Origin: the human T2T-CHM13v2.0 reference genome, Homo sapiens
Length of the DNA: 64,000 nucleotides
Reading direction: 5' to 3' (one strand)
Assembly (NCBI RefSeq): GCF_009914755.1
Contig: NC_060938.1
Both the position numbers and the translations under genes were made by a program. The notes beneath the pieces are model-generated. The model was not told the origin of the DNA, searched no databases, and saw nothing but the letters and a program-made list of their open reading frames with translations. Of this stretch, positions 62,453 through 64,000 are shown one piece after another (position 1 is the stretch's first letter; each line of letters begins with the position of its first letter).

Positions 62453-64000
62453 GAGAGAATGGGGTTCTAAAGGGGAAAGCCTGTTTTTAGAAATGTGTGG
62501 AAAGGGAAGGAGAAAGGCAAGTGATAACTGTCTAGAAGAGCATGTATCCTAAAGGAAAGGCTTCTTTTTTAGATGTCAGAGAAGTGTGTATCCTGAGGGA
62601 AAAAGATAATAGTGCAGATGAGGTTGAAAAGAGGGGTGGCAAGCTTACTGATAGTGCAAAGGCAGGAGCAGGCTGGAGACGCTGATCCACCAGCCAGAGC
62701 CACTGGTTTCAGAGAACAGGTGCAGAGTTATCTCACCTCTGAAACAAGAGGGCAGGGTGATAAAAATGCCCTCTGCAGAATGCAGCTGGGTATTGGGCTC
62801 CCGCACCTCAGGCTGGGAGAAAGAAATGACTGAGTGTGACCAGCATATGGTGGTTTTCAGGGCAGATGAATTTGAAAGATAAAAAATTCAAGGTATTGCA
62901 GTCCTTGTGGAGGGGTGGCTAAAGAGATGTGCCTTAGTAGTTAATCTGAAAGGCGAAGAAAATGAAACCAACCCTGTGGATCAAAAGAAAAAGAAGATAC
63001 TGGTAGATTGGCAGTCCTAATAATGTTAATTGGCAGGTGCCGTGAAAGCTGGGAGGAAAAAGTGCTGGTATGAGATGGGGTGTTAAAGATCTTGGAGGTG
63101 AAGCTGTACCAAGGTCCATGTATACACTATATTTCCCCTACCAGCTCGTAAGTTCCGAGAGGTGGAAGACTGATATAGATATACATTGTCGTGTTCCTCA
63201 GAGTTCACTATGTAAGGAAGGTTCAGATCTCATTTCTCTCATTTTATTACACATGTTGTGATGTATTAAAGGATGCTTGGATCATGTAAACTCTTTAGTA
63301 CCAGTAAAATAAGAAACAAGTTCACTCTAAAATTGTTTTTTGTATCAGTGTTATTAAGAACTCAAAGGAAAAGAAAAAAGGCATTTCTAGTCCAAATACT
63401 GCTAAAATCACTTCATTTTTTCATTTTATCTCCCAGACTTTATCCATGTAAATATTTAATTTTTAATAGATTGTAATTAAGATATACACACAATTATTCT
63501 AGTTGTCAAATTACCTCATTTTGGAATGAGATGAAGATTGAAATAAATATTTTCTATGTTCCTTAATGGTGCCATAATTCATAGGTCTATCATATTTAAC
63601 TATTGTTGGACATGTAGGTTATATCCAGTTTTTCAGTATTCCAAAGTATATGATAGTGACCATCTTTTCTGCATATAACCCTTTTTAAAAAAAACTATGT
63701 GTCTCCCTTTCCCCCTAACGTTTTCTTTCAGATTTTTTTCCTTGGGATAAAATTCTAAAAGTAGGAAAGGGACTTAAAGGTGAAGCTCTTTAAAAATACA
63801 TACTGCTGGAGTCATATTTACACTGCCACACCAATGTATATATTTTGATACTTTCACCAAAAATTTGCCAACAAAACCAAGAGCTAAGCACAGAATATAT
63901 TTAGTCTATGCCAATAAACTCTCAGATACTAGGAGAATAGTATTGGATAGGGGAAAGAATGCTGGCCGGACCTTAAGGAAGTTCAGATTCTACCCTGAAA

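Overview
Primate (very probably human) genomic DNA, rich in Alu, L1, L2, MIR and LTR repeats. The only credible protein-coding gene is the intronless TMEM30B (CDC50B, P4-ATPase flippase beta subunit), minus strand, CDS 58697-59752, inside a CpG island and followed by a ~2.4 kb 3'UTR. From memory this is the 14q23 region next to PRKCH; no PRKCH coding exon is visible. The other main structure is a ~9.8 kb degenerate MER21/ERV-L-class provirus on the minus strand (10411-20219). It keeps both LTRs, a perfect ATGGG target-site duplication (TSD) and a perfect tRNA-Leu primer-binding site, and has gag, protease, RNase H, integrase and dUTPase-like remnants but no RT. It hosts a six-level nest: provirus > MER57 > MER4-group LTR > AluS > MER41A > AluS. 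Also present are a U6 retropseudogene, a MADE1 hairpin, an AluJ bracketed by an inverted copy of its own tail, close inverted Alu pairs, and candidate regulatory motifs (E-box/splice-donor cluster at the TMEM30B promoter, duplicated Pumilio elements, (UG)24, CTCF-like site, DR1). I found no evidence of a novel biological system. The other short ORFs are repeat-derived or chance. Repeat subfamily names come from remembered consensus sequences and need RepeatMasker/Dfam confirmation.
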